Source: a bacterium BMS3Bbin13
GTDB taxonomy: Bacteria; Pseudomonadota; Gammaproteobacteria; 21-64-14
DNA: 64,000 bases
NCBI GenBank assembly: GCA_002897735.1
Contig: BDTW01000052.1
Coordinates: forward strand, 634-64,633
Direction: 5' to 3'
Part shown: piece after piece, positions 39,761 to 51,280 of the stretch
Layout of the letters: the number at the start of each line of letters is the position of its first letter
Numbering within the stretch: position 1 is the first letter of the stretch
Notes under the pieces: model-generated
What the model was told of the DNA's origin: nothing
Seen by the model: the letters and a program-made list of their open reading frames with translations, nothing else
The model's database searches: none
Made by a program: the position numbers and the translations under genes

Positions 39761-40555
39761 ATGCACCTGATACACCTCACACCCCTGGATCTCGGCCTCG
39801 CCGCCCTGCTGGTGCTGGCGCTCGCGCTGTTCTCGGCGCGCGTGCATCTCGACGTGGCCCGGCCGCTCCTCATTGCAGCGTTGCGCACGACCGTCCAGCT
39901 CCTGCTCGTCGGGCTGGTGCTCAAGGCGGTGTTCGCGCGTGTGCACCTGTTGTGGATCGGCGGCATCTCGCTGGTCATGCTGCTGCTCGCCGGGCGCGAG
40001 GTGATGGCGCGTCAGCGCCGCCGGCTCGCCGGCTGGTGGGGGTTCGGCGTCGGCACCCTGTCGATGTTCGTCTCCTCCTTCGCCGTCACGCTGCTCGCGC
40101 TGACCGTCATCATCGGGCCGCAACCCTGGTATCAGCCGCAGTACGCCATCCCGCTGCTCGGGATGTTGCTCGGCAACACCATGAACGGCATCGCCATCGC
40201 CATGGATCGTCTCACCCAGGAGGCGTGGCAACAGCGCACGGTGATCGAGGGGCGCCTGTTGCTCGGTCATGACTGGGGCCGGGCGATCGGCGACATCCGC
40301 CGGGACAGCATGCGCAGCGGCCTGATCCCCATCATCAACGCGATGTCGGCCGCCGGCATCGTCAGCCTGCCGGGCATGATGACCGGTCAGATCCTCGCCG
40401 GGAGCCCGCCGGTCGAGGCGGTGAAGTACCAGATCCTGATCATGTTCCTGATCGCCGCGGGCACCGGCTTCGGCACGATGGGCGCGGTGTGGATGGGCGC
40501 ACGGCGCCTGTTCGACGAGCGCCAGCGCCTGCGCCTGGACCGCCTGCATTCGTAG
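39761..40555 (+). CDS. fetB: FetB/YbbM-like (UPF0014) ABC transporter permease
   Basis: 264 aa from ATG about 39761 inside ORF 39227..40555; 7 TM; QYAIPLLGMLLGNTMNGIAIA region typical of the family. Confidence 0.75.
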   Translation: MHLIHLTPLDLGLAALLVLALALFSARVHLDVARPLLIAALRTTVQLLLVGLVLKAVFARVHLLWIGGISLVMLLLAGREVMARQRRRLAGWWGFGVGTLSMFVSSFAVTLLALTVIIGPQPWYQPQYAIPLLGMLLGNTMNGIAIAMDRLTQEAWQQRTVIEGRLLLGHDWGRAIGDIRRDSMRSGLIPIINAMSAAGIVSLPGMMTGQILAGSPPVEAVKYQILIMFLIAAGTGFGTMGAVWMGARRLFDERQRLRLDRLHS

Positions 40556-40700
40556 GCGGGCCTTGGCCCGCCGGCATTGATGGTGTTTGTAGGGCGGGCC
40601 TCGGCCCGCCGGCGATGCTGGCGAATTCCGCCGGTTCGGTGCGCGTGTCAGCGGTGTCGGCCGGGCGAGCCCGGCCCTACGGGGTGACCGCCGGCGTCGG
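40556..40700. repeat. three GC-rich hairpins in the convergent fetB/speE gap; the first two are near-identical REP-like palindromes
   Basis: AGGCGGGCCTTGGCCCGCCGGC and AGGGCGGGCCTCGGCCCGCCGGC about 20 nt apart, then GGCCGGGCGAGCCCGGCC. Confidence 0.4.
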
Positions 40701-41576
40701 CTAAGACCGATCCGGCTCCATCAGCGCCCTGCGGAAGAATTCCGGTGCCGCCATGCCGGCGGCATGGATCCCGGCATTGTAGTAGCGGGTCTCGAAGGGC
40801 TTTTCCCGGGCATCGTCCTCGCGGTACCCGGACAGCGGCATGTCCTTGCAGGCCATGGTGGCCGACCACCATCCGGACGGATAGACCGGCTGCGGGAAGT
40901 GCAAGGTGAGCACGTCGTGGAAGCCCGCGCCGCGCAACGCGCCGTGCATCGACCGGAGCAGTTCCATGTGCAGCAGGGGCGACTCGCTCTGGCCGATCAG
41001 GATCCCGTGTTCGCCCAGCGCACGCAGGCAGTCCGCGTAGAACGGGCGGGCGAACAGTCCCTCGGCGGGACCGATGGGATCGGTGCTGTCGACGATGATG
41101 ACATCGACGCTCGCCGCCGGCGCTTCCTTCACGAAGCGGATCCCGTCGCCGAACTCCAGGCGCGCGCGCGGGTCGGCATTCGCCTCGCAGAGCCGCGGAA
41201 AGAACCGCTCCGCGACCCGCGTGACGCGCTCGTCGATCTCCACCTGCCGCACTTCCTCGACCTCGGGGTGGCGAAGCACCTCGCGCAGCGTTCCGCAGTC
41301 CCCGCCGCCGATGATCAGCACGCGGCGCGGCTTCGGGTGGGTGTAGAGCGCCGGGTGCGCCATCATCTCGTGGTAGATGAAATTGTCCCGGTCCGACAGC
41401 ATGACAAAGCCGTCGATGGTCAACAGACGACCGAAGTGCTCGGTCTCGTAGACCTCGATGTGCTGATACGGGGTCTGCTCCTCGTGGATCCGGCCCGCGG
41501 CGCCGAGGCGCAGGGAGAGAGCGCTCCCGGCCTCCTCCGCGATTTCAGTAAACCAATCCTCGCCCAGCTTGCTCAA
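40701..41576 (-). CDS. speE: spermidine synthase (polyamine aminopropyltransferase)
   Basis: Collinear with E. coli SpeE: FIYHEMMAHPAL, VLIIGGGDCGTLREVLRHP, VIIVDSTDPIGPAEGLF; start ambiguous (ORF opens 41846; a TTG about 41576 fits the E. coli N-terminus). Confidence 0.8.
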   Translation of the reverse strand: MSKLGEDWFTEIAEEAGSALSLRLGAAGRIHEEQTPYQHIEVYETEHFGRLLTIDGFVMLSDRDNFIYHEMMAHPALYTHPKPRRVLIIGGGDCGTLREVLRHPEVEEVRQVEIDERVTRVAERFFPRLCEANADPRARLEFGDGIRFVKEAPAASVDVIIVDSTDPIGPAEGLFARPFYADCLRALGEHGILIGQSESPLLHMELLRSMHGALRGAGFHDVLTLHFPQPVYPSGWWSATMACKDMPLSGYREDDAREKPFETRYYNAGIHAAGMAAPEFFRRALMEPDRS

Positions 41577-41948
41577 TCGGTTGCTCTCCGCACCCAGGAT
41601 CCCGCTCCCGGCGGATGATAGCCAGCCGCGAGGGTCCGGGGCAAGCGCGCGCGTACGACGTGTTAGCCCAAAGCAGTAATGTCCCTTCCGTCCCATTCTA
41701 AAATGCCCCCCTTTAGTTCGAGGAGGGGCGGTGATGGAGGAGAGCATTACGATGAGCGGAAAGGAGGTCGATCGGCCGGGGATCGGGAAGCGGCGGCGGA
41801 AGGAGGCGGGCGGGCAGCTCGGGCTGCGTCCGGGCGACGTGGACATGGTAGCCTGGATGAAGCGTAGCGAAATCCGGGGATGGCGTGCCGCGCTCTCCCG
41901 GATTTCGGCCTTCGGCCTGCATCCAGGCTACATGGAGCGCGGGGTCGC

Positions 41949-41976
41949 GGGGTCGCGGGGTCAGGCTTGACATATG
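41949..41976. repeat. solo copy of the MITE terminal repeat, preceded by three tandem GCGGGGTC octamers
   Basis: GGGGTCAGGCTTGACATATGGGCATTCG, 26/28 identical to the repeat at 31382; in the speE/speA divergent intergenic region. Confidence 0.45.
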
Positions 41977-42388
41977 GGCATTCGGGGGCCCGCGTCCGAC
42001 CGGACCCGAGCCCCGGGGCGGACCCGGGAAAGAGGGTCGCTTAAATCGCGATCTTCGTTTCTATCGCCGCATAATCCGCTTGCACGCGCCATCTCCGCTG
42101 TCGAGCAACCCGGCGGCCACCCAGAGCTGGACCTCCGCGTGAACCTTGCCGTAATCGCGTCCGGGCGCCTTTGGATGCATAGGCGATCTCTGCGCCCCGG
42201 GAATGCCGATGGTCGCCTTTGCCCCGTTCGTTATCGTACCCAACGCCCGGACGCCGGGGCGATCGTAGAACAGGGAATATTTCAGGCTGTGGGCCGATGG
42301 GGGGAGAGGGGGCATTTTTGAATCGGGTCGGCATCGCGCCTGTACGGCGCGCTTGCAAGTCCCCCGGGGAGCCTCGAAACTGTGCGCC

Positions 42389-44290
<1,902 letters not shown>

Positions 44291-44392
44291 GCCCGGAAGC
44301 CCGTCGGCGGCCCGAATCCCCCGCCACCCCGCCCCGCGCCGGCTGCCGGTGTCAACCCAGCCGCCGGCGGGTCCTCTCCATCCTGGCGGCCC

Positions 44393-44629
44393 TCAGGTCT
44401 TCTCGACGTAATAACGGAACACGCCCCCGTCCTCGGAGACCGAAAGCAGCCGGTTTCCGGTGCGCCGGCACCAGGAGGGAATGTCGGTGCGCGTACCCGG
44501 GTCGCTCGCCACGATCTCCAGGACTTGGCCGGGGGCGAGACCCTTGATGGCCTGGTTGGTTTCGACCATGGGCATCGGGCAGCACTTGCCCGTCGTGTCC
44601 AGGGTGTCGGTGACGGCCGGTTTGTCCAT
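44393..44629 (-). CDS. tusA: TusA-family sulfurtransferase
   Basis: 78 aa with CPxP motif (DTTGKCCPMP) at the conserved position. Confidence 0.8.
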   Translation of the reverse strand: MDKPAVTDTLDTTGKCCPMPMVETNQAIKGLAPGQVLEIVASDPGTRTDIPSWCRRTGNRLLSVSEDGGVFRYYVEKT

Positions 44630-44644
44630 CTGCGCGTCCCCCGG

Positions 44645-45061
44645 TCAGAAGTACTGACAGTGATCGGCCGTGGCGGCCTTCTCGTTGAGGAACCAAGCGG
44701 CCCCCACGATTCCGGACGCCTCCGGCAAGAGGTTGTTCTCATCGACGCCGAAGATGTTCGCCGCCAGGCTGCACCCGTAGAAATGGACCTTCCCGGTCTC
44801 GTGGAGCGTCGTGAGCAGTGTGTGGATGTCGTTCGGCAGGCCCGCCGCGGCGACCCGCTCGCGCACCCATTGATCGGCGTCCGCGTGGCGCCCCTCCACG
44901 CACAGCGCCTTGGCGCCGTCCTCGGTCAGGGCGCGCACCGCCCAGTTGACGAACAGCAGGTCCACCTCGGTGCCCTCCGCGGCGCTCAGGTAGGCAAAGG
45001 CGAGCGGGGTCAGGATCTTATCGTAGGCATCCTCGCGAACCACAATGGCCAATCGTTTCAT
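44645..45061 (-). CDS. DsrE/DsrF-like family protein
   Basis: 138 aa; MKRLAIVV...DAY N-terminus and overall size/fold pattern of the DsrE/DsrF/TusD family; sits immediately upstream of tusA. Confidence 0.6.
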   Translation of the reverse strand: MKRLAIVVREDAYDKILTPLAFAYLSAAEGTEVDLLFVNWAVRALTEDGAKALCVEGRHADADQWVRERVAAAGLPNDIHTLLTTLHETGKVHFYGCSLAANIFGVDENNLLPEASGIVGAAWFLNEKAATADHCQYF

Positions 45062-45074
45062 GGTACCCCTCCAA

Positions 45075-45094
45075 TAGAACGAACATTCGTTCTA
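45075..45094. promoter_or_regulatory. palindromic operator TAGAACGAAC-ATTCGTTCTA upstream of dsrE-like/tusA
   Basis: 9/10 half-site symmetry, about 14 nt upstream of the dsrE-like start, just downstream of a GCCGG-TGT-CCGGC+T7 terminator that ends tetR. Confidence 0.5.
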
Positions 45095-45131
45095 ATCGTA
45101 GTCCCAAAAAAATACGCCGGACACCGGCGCC

Positions 45132-45731
45132 TCACGCCGCCACGGCCCGCCAACTGCACACCCACACCGCCTCGAGCTGCGATGGCAATGGCTCGCGCAG
45201 CACCCGGTCGAGCCGTGCCATGATCAGCCGCATTGCCCCGCCGAACAGGCAGGTCGAGGCGATCATCGGGTCCATCGACCGGACCTCGCCGCGCTCCATT
45301 CCCTCGCGCACCATCTCGCGCATCATCGCAAACGGCTTCGACGAGCAGACCGGCGTCGCGGAGGGCAGAAACTCCCGGTGCTTGGCATAAAGCATGAACT
45401 CCATCGCCTCGGGCTCCTCTTCCGTGATCTCGAACAAGGCCTCCATCAGCGCATAACACCGGGCGCGGGTCGTGCGGTGCCGCGCCTGGATCGCCTCGAT
45501 GCGTTCGACCATCTGCGCCAACAGCCCCGCATAGAGCGAACGGGCGATGTCTTCCTTGTCCCGGAAGTGGTGATAGATGGAGCCGATGCTGACGCCGGCG
45601 TGGCGGGCGATGTCGTGCACCGAGGTATTGAAATAGCCGCGCCGGGTGAAAAGCCGCAAGGCGCTCGCGAGCACCTGCTCGCGCGGGTCGGCGACGCGGT
45701 GCTTGCGGGGCATTGTCGAGGTCCGGGCCAT
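45132..45731 (-). CDS. TetR-family transcriptional regulator
   Basis: HTH block VLASALRLFTRRGYFNTSVHDIARHAGVSIGSIYHHFRDKEDI. Confidence 0.88.
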   Translation of the reverse strand: MARTSTMPRKHRVADPREQVLASALRLFTRRGYFNTSVHDIARHAGVSIGSIYHHFRDKEDIARSLYAGLLAQMVERIEAIQARHRTTRARCYALMEALFEITEEEPEAMEFMLYAKHREFLPSATPVCSSKPFAMMREMVREGMERGEVRSMDPMIASTCLFGGAMRLIMARLDRVLREPLPSQLEAVWVCSWRAVAA

Positions 45732-45740
45732 GGGAGAAGA

Positions 45741-45762
45741 CTAGAACGAACGTTCGTTCTAG
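45741..45762. promoter_or_regulatory. perfect 22-bp palindromic operator CTAGAACGAACGTTCGTTCTAG in the tetR 5' region
   Basis: Same half-site as the 45075 site; lies between the hemH stop and the tetR ATG. Confidence 0.55.
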
Positions 45763-46773
45763 TCAACCTCCCCGCTCGGCGACGAGGTCGGCGAGGAAGT
45801 CGACGTGGGCGGGGTCGTCGTTGAGCGCCGGGATATAGTGGAAAGATTCACCACCGGCCTCGAGGAACCGGGCGCGGTTCCAGGAGGCGATCTCCTCGAG
45901 GGTCTCCAGGCAGTCGGCGGAGAAGCCCGGGCACAGGATATCCACGCGCCTCACTCCGCGGCCCGGGAACGCACGCAGCGTCCTGTCGGTATACGGTTGC
46001 AGCCATTCCTCGCGCCCGAAGCGCGACTGGAAGGTGACCTGCCAGGCGTCTTCGGGCAGTTCCAGGGCATCGGCCGTGAGGCGTGCGGTCTCGCGGCACT
46101 GGGTCTCGTACGGGTCGCCCGCCGCGACGTAGCGCCGCGGCAGTCCGTGGAACGAGAACAGCAGCCGCTGCGCGCGCCCGTTGCGCGCCCAGTGCGTGCG
46201 CACCGACCCGGCCAGGGCGGCGATATAACCGGGCGCATCGTGGTAGTCCGCCACCAAGTGCAGTTCGGGCACCCGGCGCCAAGTGCGCAGCACGTCGGCG
46301 ACCGCGTCGAAGGTCGAGCCGGTGGTGCTCGCCGAGTACTGCGGATACAGGGGCAGGATCAGCAGCCGCTCGGCACCGGCGCGGCGCAACGCCTCGAGGG
46401 CGGCGCCGATCGACGGACGCCCGTAACGCATGCCCAACTCGAGCGCCGCGACGTCGATCCCGCGCCCGGACAGCTCCGCGCGCAGCGCCTCGACCTGGCG
46501 GCGCATGATCGCCAGCAGCGGGGAACCGTCGGGGGTCCAGACCTTGCGGTAGCCCGCCGCCGCATACCGTCCGCGCAGCGGCGCGATGACGCCGTAGAGC
46601 AGGGGCAGCCAAAAGATCCGGGGCAGGTCCACGACGCGCCGGTCGGCGAGGAATGCGCGCAGATAGCGGCGTAACGCGGAGGCGGTCGGGGCGTCGGGCG
46701 TGCCCAGATTCGATACCAGTACGCCGAGCCGCGCGCCGTGGTCGGGTCGGTGTCGTCCGGCTCCGGGGTTCAT
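45763..46773 (-). CDS. hemH: ferrochelatase
   Basis: GVLVSNLGTPDAPT, LPLYPQYSASTTGS, conserved His/Glu regions; 336-aa ORF (true start may be internal). Confidence 0.85.
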   Translation of the reverse strand: MNPGAGRHRPDHGARLGVLVSNLGTPDAPTASALRRYLRAFLADRRVVDLPRIFWLPLLYGVIAPLRGRYAAAGYRKVWTPDGSPLLAIMRRQVEALRAELSGRGIDVAALELGMRYGRPSIGAALEALRRAGAERLLILPLYPQYSASTTGSTFDAVADVLRTWRRVPELHLVADYHDAPGYIAALAGSVRTHWARNGRAQRLLFSFHGLPRRYVAAGDPYETQCRETARLTADALELPEDAWQVTFQSRFGREEWLQPYTDRTLRAFPGRGVRRVDILCPGFSADCLETLEEIASWNRARFLEAGGESFHYIPALNDDPAHVDFLADLVAERGG

Positions 46774-46873
46774 CGCGGCCTCGCACCTCGGGTCGAAGGG
46801 GAAGGCGGCATTGTAGCCGCGCCGGCGCGGCCCTGTCAGATCCGGGCCTCAGGTCTCCGGGCGTCGTGCCGGC

Positions 46874-47773
46874 TCAGCGGTTGGCCGCGCCATGGGGTAC
46901 GTGGCCGGTGGGGACGTGCTCGCGCGCCGAGTCGCAATGCCCGCGCTGGTCGTCGAAGAAGATGTCGGCGCCGAACGCCTTGAGGAACGCGCCCTTGTCC
47001 AGCCCGCCGAGGAACACCGCCTCGTCGATGCGGATGTTCCAGGCGCGCAACGTGCGGATGACGCGCTCGTGGGCGGGTGCCGAACGCGCGGTGAACAGCG
47101 CGGTGCGGATCGGCGAGTGCTCAGGCGGGTATTCCGACTGGATGTGATGCAGGGCCGCCAGGAAGTCCTTGAACGGCCCGCCCGGGAGCGGCTCGTTGGC
47201 GGCGGCGCGTTCGGATTCGCTGAACGCCGCCAGCCCCTGCGTCTGATACACGCGCTCGGCCTCGTCGGAGAACACCACCGCGTCGCCGTCGAAGGCGATG
47301 CGCAACTGCGCGCCGGGGTTCAGGCCGACCTTGGACGGCAGGATCGTGGCCGCGGCCACCCCGGTCTCCAGGGCGTGTGTGACGTCGCCGGGATCGGCGG
47401 ACAGGAACAGGTGCGTCCCGAACGTGGGCACGTAGCGGTAGGGGCTCTCCCCGCCGGTGAAGGCCGCGCGGCTGATCCCCAGACCGTAGTGCTGGATGGA
47501 GTTGAAGATGCGCAGCCCCGTGTCGGCGCTGTTGCGCGAGAGCAGGACGATCTCCACCCGTGGCGCGCCCGGGTTGCGCTCGTTGAGGGCGAGCAGCTTC
47601 TGCACCAGCGGAAAGGCCACCCCGCGCTCCAGCACCTCGTTCTCGTGCTCGATCTGGTAGCGGCAGTAGGCGTCCACGCCCTTCTCGGTGAACACGCGGT
47701 GGCTGTCCTCCAGGTCGAAGAGCGCCCGGGAGGAGATCGCCACCACCAGTTCTCCGTCGAAGCTCACCGGCAT
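46874..47773 (-). CDS. bacterial 5'-nucleotidase family protein (PF06189-like)
   Basis: 299 aa from the ATG inside ORF 46874..47821; family call from recalled resemblance (AISSRALFDL..., IFFDDQ). Confidence 0.55.
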   Translation of the reverse strand: MPVSFDGELVVAISSRALFDLEDSHRVFTEKGVDAYCRYQIEHENEVLERGVAFPLVQKLLALNERNPGAPRVEIVLLSRNSADTGLRIFNSIQHYGLGISRAAFTGGESPYRYVPTFGTHLFLSADPGDVTHALETGVAAATILPSKVGLNPGAQLRIAFDGDAVVFSDEAERVYQTQGLAAFSESERAAANEPLPGGPFKDFLAALHHIQSEYPPEHSPIRTALFTARSAPAHERVIRTLRAWNIRIDEAVFLGGLDKGAFLKAFGADIFFDDQRGHCDSAREHVPTGHVPHGAANR

Positions 47774-47893
47774 CGCTGCTCTCCCTCGCCCGTCCGTCGG
47801 TCCGGCGGTTCCCGATGTCACGCTACCGGAACCCGGATCCGCGCGCCAGCGGCCCGCCGGATTCAGGGTTTCCCGGTACCGGTCGCGACGGCA

Positions 47894-50800
47894 TCAGGTT
47901 TGCTCCGGCGCAGCCCATTCCCGCCATCCGCGCAGCAGCGGGAAGTACAGGGCGAGCCGCACGGGTCGCGCGTCGGCGCTGCGCAGCAACGCGGCGTAGC
48001 CCTCGAGCTGGTCGCGGTAGCGCTCGCGCTCGCGGTCCAGAAACGTCTCGACGTCCGCGCCCTCGTGGCCGCCGGTCTTGTAGTCGATGATCCAGCGCAC
48101 GCCCTGCGCGTCGACGAAGGTGCGGTCGATGACCGCACGCCGGATCGCCCCGCCCGCCACGCCGGTCACCGCGTATTCGCTGCGCGCCTCCCGGTGCTCG
48201 TCGGAAAGAATCCAGTGCGCCCGCGGGTCCTCGCGTACCGCGACGAGTGCCGCATGCACGCGCGCGGCGGCCTCGTCGAGTTCATCGGGCGCGACGCCCA
48301 GGCGCCGCAGGGCGATGCGCCATGCGGCGCGGGCGCCCTGCAGCCGCGCGCGGTCCCACGACGCGAGTCCGTCGCGCGCCATACACCGCAGTGCGCGGTG
48401 CACGACCGTTCCGGTATGGCGCGCCGTATCCCCGGCCCACTCGAATTCGACGCCGGCGCCGGGCATCGCGCGTGCCGGAGGCGCATCGGAGCGGTCCACC
48501 GCCGCCTCGGGCGCAGGGGCCCGCCAGTCCGCGGGCAGGCGGCGCAGGATCCCGGCGGCGGTGCGCGGTGCGCTCTCGGGGAGGGCGGGCGCCCGCGTCG
48601 TGTGCGCCGCCGCCGCACGGAACTCCGATTCCACCACCGGCCAGAGCAGGGCGAGCAGGGAATCGCGCGGCGGCGCCCGCAGATCGCCGTCGTCTCCCCG
48701 GGTCCCGACCTGTCCCAGCAGGTGCAACCGGCCTCGCGCGCGGGTGGCGGCGACATACAGTACGCGCGCCGCTTCATGGCGTGCGGCGGTGACGTCCAGA
48801 TCGCGCAGGTAGCGGTAGATCGGATCCTCCTGTGCGCCGTCGGCGGTGATCGGGGCGAGCAGCAGATCGGCGCCGTCGGCGCCGCGCCGTTCCGTCCAAC
48901 GCAGCAGCGGGCGCGTCCCGGGCGGGGTTCCGCGCTCCAGGTGCGGGACGATCACGGTGTCGAATTCGAGTCCCTTGGCCTTGTGGATGCTCATCACCTG
49001 CAGGGTGTCGGGCGCCCGCGGGTCCGGCGGGGCGCGCAGCCCCATGACCCGTTCCTGCAACTGTTCCAGGTCCGCCAGGTCGCCGCCCTCGTCGAGTGCG
49101 TCGAGCAGTTCGAGAAACACCTCTGCGTCGCCGAGCCCGGCGCCGTCCACGCACGCGGGTCCCCACAGTGCGAGCCAAGTGCCTTCGACCCACGCCGCGA
49201 GCGGGCGGCGCTGTCGTTCGCCGAGCGCCGTCTCGAGTATCGTGGCCACCCGCTGCAGGCGCTCGCGCCCGCCTTCGCTCAGGGCGGCGCGACGTTCGGG
49301 TTCGCCCCACAGCGCCGGGACCGGCGTGTCGGGGGCGCCGCACACCAGCGCGTGCAGGTCCGCCAGTTCCAGGCCGCACCAGGGGGCGCGCAGTACCGCG
49401 AGCCAAGCGACGCGATCGGCCGGGTGCAGCAGCGCGCGGGTGAGGGCGAGCAGATCCCGGACCACCGGCCGCTCGCCCAAGGCATCGATCTCCACCGCCT
49501 GGAAGGGCAGGTCGGCGGCGCGCAGTGCCGGCAGCAGCGCGGACAGGTGACTGCGCGCGCGCACCAGCACGGCGATGCGCCCATCGGGTTCGGCGGCGCG
49601 CGTCTCCCGGATCAGGCGCACCACCTCCTGCGCCTGCGCGTCGGGGCCGGCGTCGGCGAAGGCGTGTACGCGCACCGCCGGGACCGGACCGGGGCCGTGG
49701 ACCGCACTCGAGGGCCGGTAGGTCACGGCCCCGGCGAGCGCGTCCTCCACGGATGGGAACACCGACGGGAAGGCGCGATTGACCCAGTCCACCAATCCGG
49801 CCGTGGAGCGGAAGTTCGCCGAGAGCTGCAGCGGTTCGAGCGTCACCGGACCGATCCCGCGCACGCGCGCGTCCAGGTACAGGGCGACATCGGCCTCGCG
49901 GAACCGGTAGATCGACTGCATGGGATCGCCGACCACGAACAGCGTGCGCCCGTCGCCGGGGCTCCAGCCGGCGGTCAGCCGGCGCAGCAGTTCGTAGTGC
50001 GTATAAGAGGTGTCCTGGAACTCGTCGACCAGCAGGTGCCGGATCCGGTAGTCGAGCACCAGGGCGAGATCGGTGGGGGCGTCCTCTTCGCCGAGCGCCT
50101 CCACCGCCGCCTGATCGATCTCCAGGTAGTCGACCCGCCCGCGCGCCTGGAACACGATGCGCAGTTGGGCGAGTGCGAGGTGCAGCAGTTCGAACAACGC
50201 CTGCAGCACCTCCCACTGGCCGTCGTCGTAGCGCGGCGCCGGCAGCGTGCGCACGCCGTGCAGGCGCGCACGCAGGTCCTCGTCGTCGGCCAGGTGTTCC
50301 AGCAGTTCCTTGCCCATCGCCCGCATGGCGAGCGCGGCGGCGCCCTTGCCGGCCGGGACGCCGATCCGGGCGTCGAGGCTCTTGCGCCATGTCCCGGCGC
50401 CCGTCAGCAGGAGTTCGGCGAGGCCGAGCCAGTGCCCGACCTCGTCGGGCGTGCCCGCCGGCAGTGCCTCCATCCCCGCGCAGGCGGTGACCGGCGAGGC
50501 CTTGCCCTGCGCCGCGAGCACCCCGCCCGCATAACCGGCGAGTCGTGCCAAGTCGGCGCCGGCCGCGCCGGCGAGGTGCTCGCGCAGGGCCGCGAGGTGT
50601 GCACCCGCGACCCGCCCCAACGCCGTCTCCAATTCCACGCGCAGCGCCCCGGACTCGAGTCCGGGGCGCCGCAGGTGGCGCTGCCATTGGTCGCGCCGGC
50701 CGAGGAGGCGTACCAGCAACACCTCGGCGCGCGGGAAGTCGTTGTCCAGATGCAGGAGCAGCCGTGCGATCGCCTCCGACCAGTGACTGCCCGATTCCAC

Positions 50801-51280
50801 CATGCGCAGCGTCGCGCGCGCCGCCTCGCGGTAGAGCGGCTCGAACGGCTCGGCGATCGCCGGCGGTGCGCCGAAGCGGCTCAGCCACGGCATGCGCCGC
50901 GTGAGCCCGGCGCACAGCGCGTCGATGGTCTGGATGCGCAGCCGCGCCGGGTGCTCGGCCAGGGACCAGCCGAGGGCCGCGTCGCGACGTCGTACCGCGG
51001 TCGCCAGCGACCGGCTCCGCCGCCGGTGGGCGCCCTCGGGCGCCGGGTCCGACGCGTGCGCGATCGCCTCCAGGATGCGCGCGCGCATCTCGCCGGCGGC
51101 CTTGCGCGTGAAGGTGATGGCCACGACCTCCTCCGGCGCGTCGACCGTCGCCAGCAGCCGCAGGTAGCGTTGGGTCAGCAGTTCGGTCTTGCCGGAACCG
51201 GCCGGCGCCTGAACGAGAAACGAGCGCTCCGGGTCCAGGGCCCGTTCGCGGACGGCGCGGTCTTCGAGTTCAGCGCCCAT
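47894..51280 (-). CDS. addA: AddA-type helicase-nuclease (UvrD/Rep superfamily 1 helicase with C-terminal PD-(D/E)XK nuclease)
   Basis: Walker A APAGSGKTE near the N-terminus; helicase motifs through the body; C-terminal nuclease VIDYKTG...D...EGY(QLLLY-type); 1128 aa from the ATG preceded by GGAGGTAAGG (ORF track extends to 51628); overlaps the addB stop by 11 nt. Confidence 0.8.
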   Translation of the reverse strand: MGAELEDRAVRERALDPERSFLVQAPAGSGKTELLTQRYLRLLATVDAPEEVVAITFTRKAAGEMRARILEAIAHASDPAPEGAHRRRSRSLATAVRRRDAALGWSLAEHPARLRIQTIDALCAGLTRRMPWLSRFGAPPAIAEPFEPLYREAARATLRMVESGSHWSEAIARLLLHLDNDFPRAEVLLVRLLGRRDQWQRHLRRPGLESGALRVELETALGRVAGAHLAALREHLAGAAGADLARLAGYAGGVLAAQGKASPVTACAGMEALPAGTPDEVGHWLGLAELLLTGAGTWRKSLDARIGVPAGKGAAALAMRAMGKELLEHLADDEDLRARLHGVRTLPAPRYDDGQWEVLQALFELLHLALAQLRIVFQARGRVDYLEIDQAAVEALGEEDAPTDLALVLDYRIRHLLVDEFQDTSYTHYELLRRLTAGWSPGDGRTLFVVGDPMQSIYRFREADVALYLDARVRGIGPVTLEPLQLSANFRSTAGLVDWVNRAFPSVFPSVEDALAGAVTYRPSSAVHGPGPVPAVRVHAFADAGPDAQAQEVVRLIRETRAAEPDGRIAVLVRARSHLSALLPALRAADLPFQAVEIDALGERPVVRDLLALTRALLHPADRVAWLAVLRAPWCGLELADLHALVCGAPDTPVPALWGEPERRAALSEGGRERLQRVATILETALGERQRRPLAAWVEGTWLALWGPACVDGAGLGDAEVFLELLDALDEGGDLADLEQLQERVMGLRAPPDPRAPDTLQVMSIHKAKGLEFDTVIVPHLERGTPPGTRPLLRWTERRGADGADLLLAPITADGAQEDPIYRYLRDLDVTAARHEAARVLYVAATRARGRLHLLGQVGTRGDDGDLRAPPRDSLLALLWPVVESEFRAAAAHTTRAPALPESAPRTAAGILRRLPADWRAPAPEAAVDRSDAPPARAMPGAGVEFEWAGDTARHTGTVVHRALRCMARDGLASWDRARLQGARAAWRIALRRLGVAPDELDEAAARVHAALVAVREDPRAHWILSDEHREARSEYAVTGVAGGAIRRAVIDRTFVDAQGVRWIIDYKTGGHEGADVETFLDRERERYRDQLEGYAALLRSADARPVRLALYFPLLRGWREWAAPEQT

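Noticed and set aside
41713-41973. 86-aa minus-strand ORF in the speE/speA gap
   Set aside because: It has no RBS and a Pro/Arg-rich composition, and it overlaps the repeat region.
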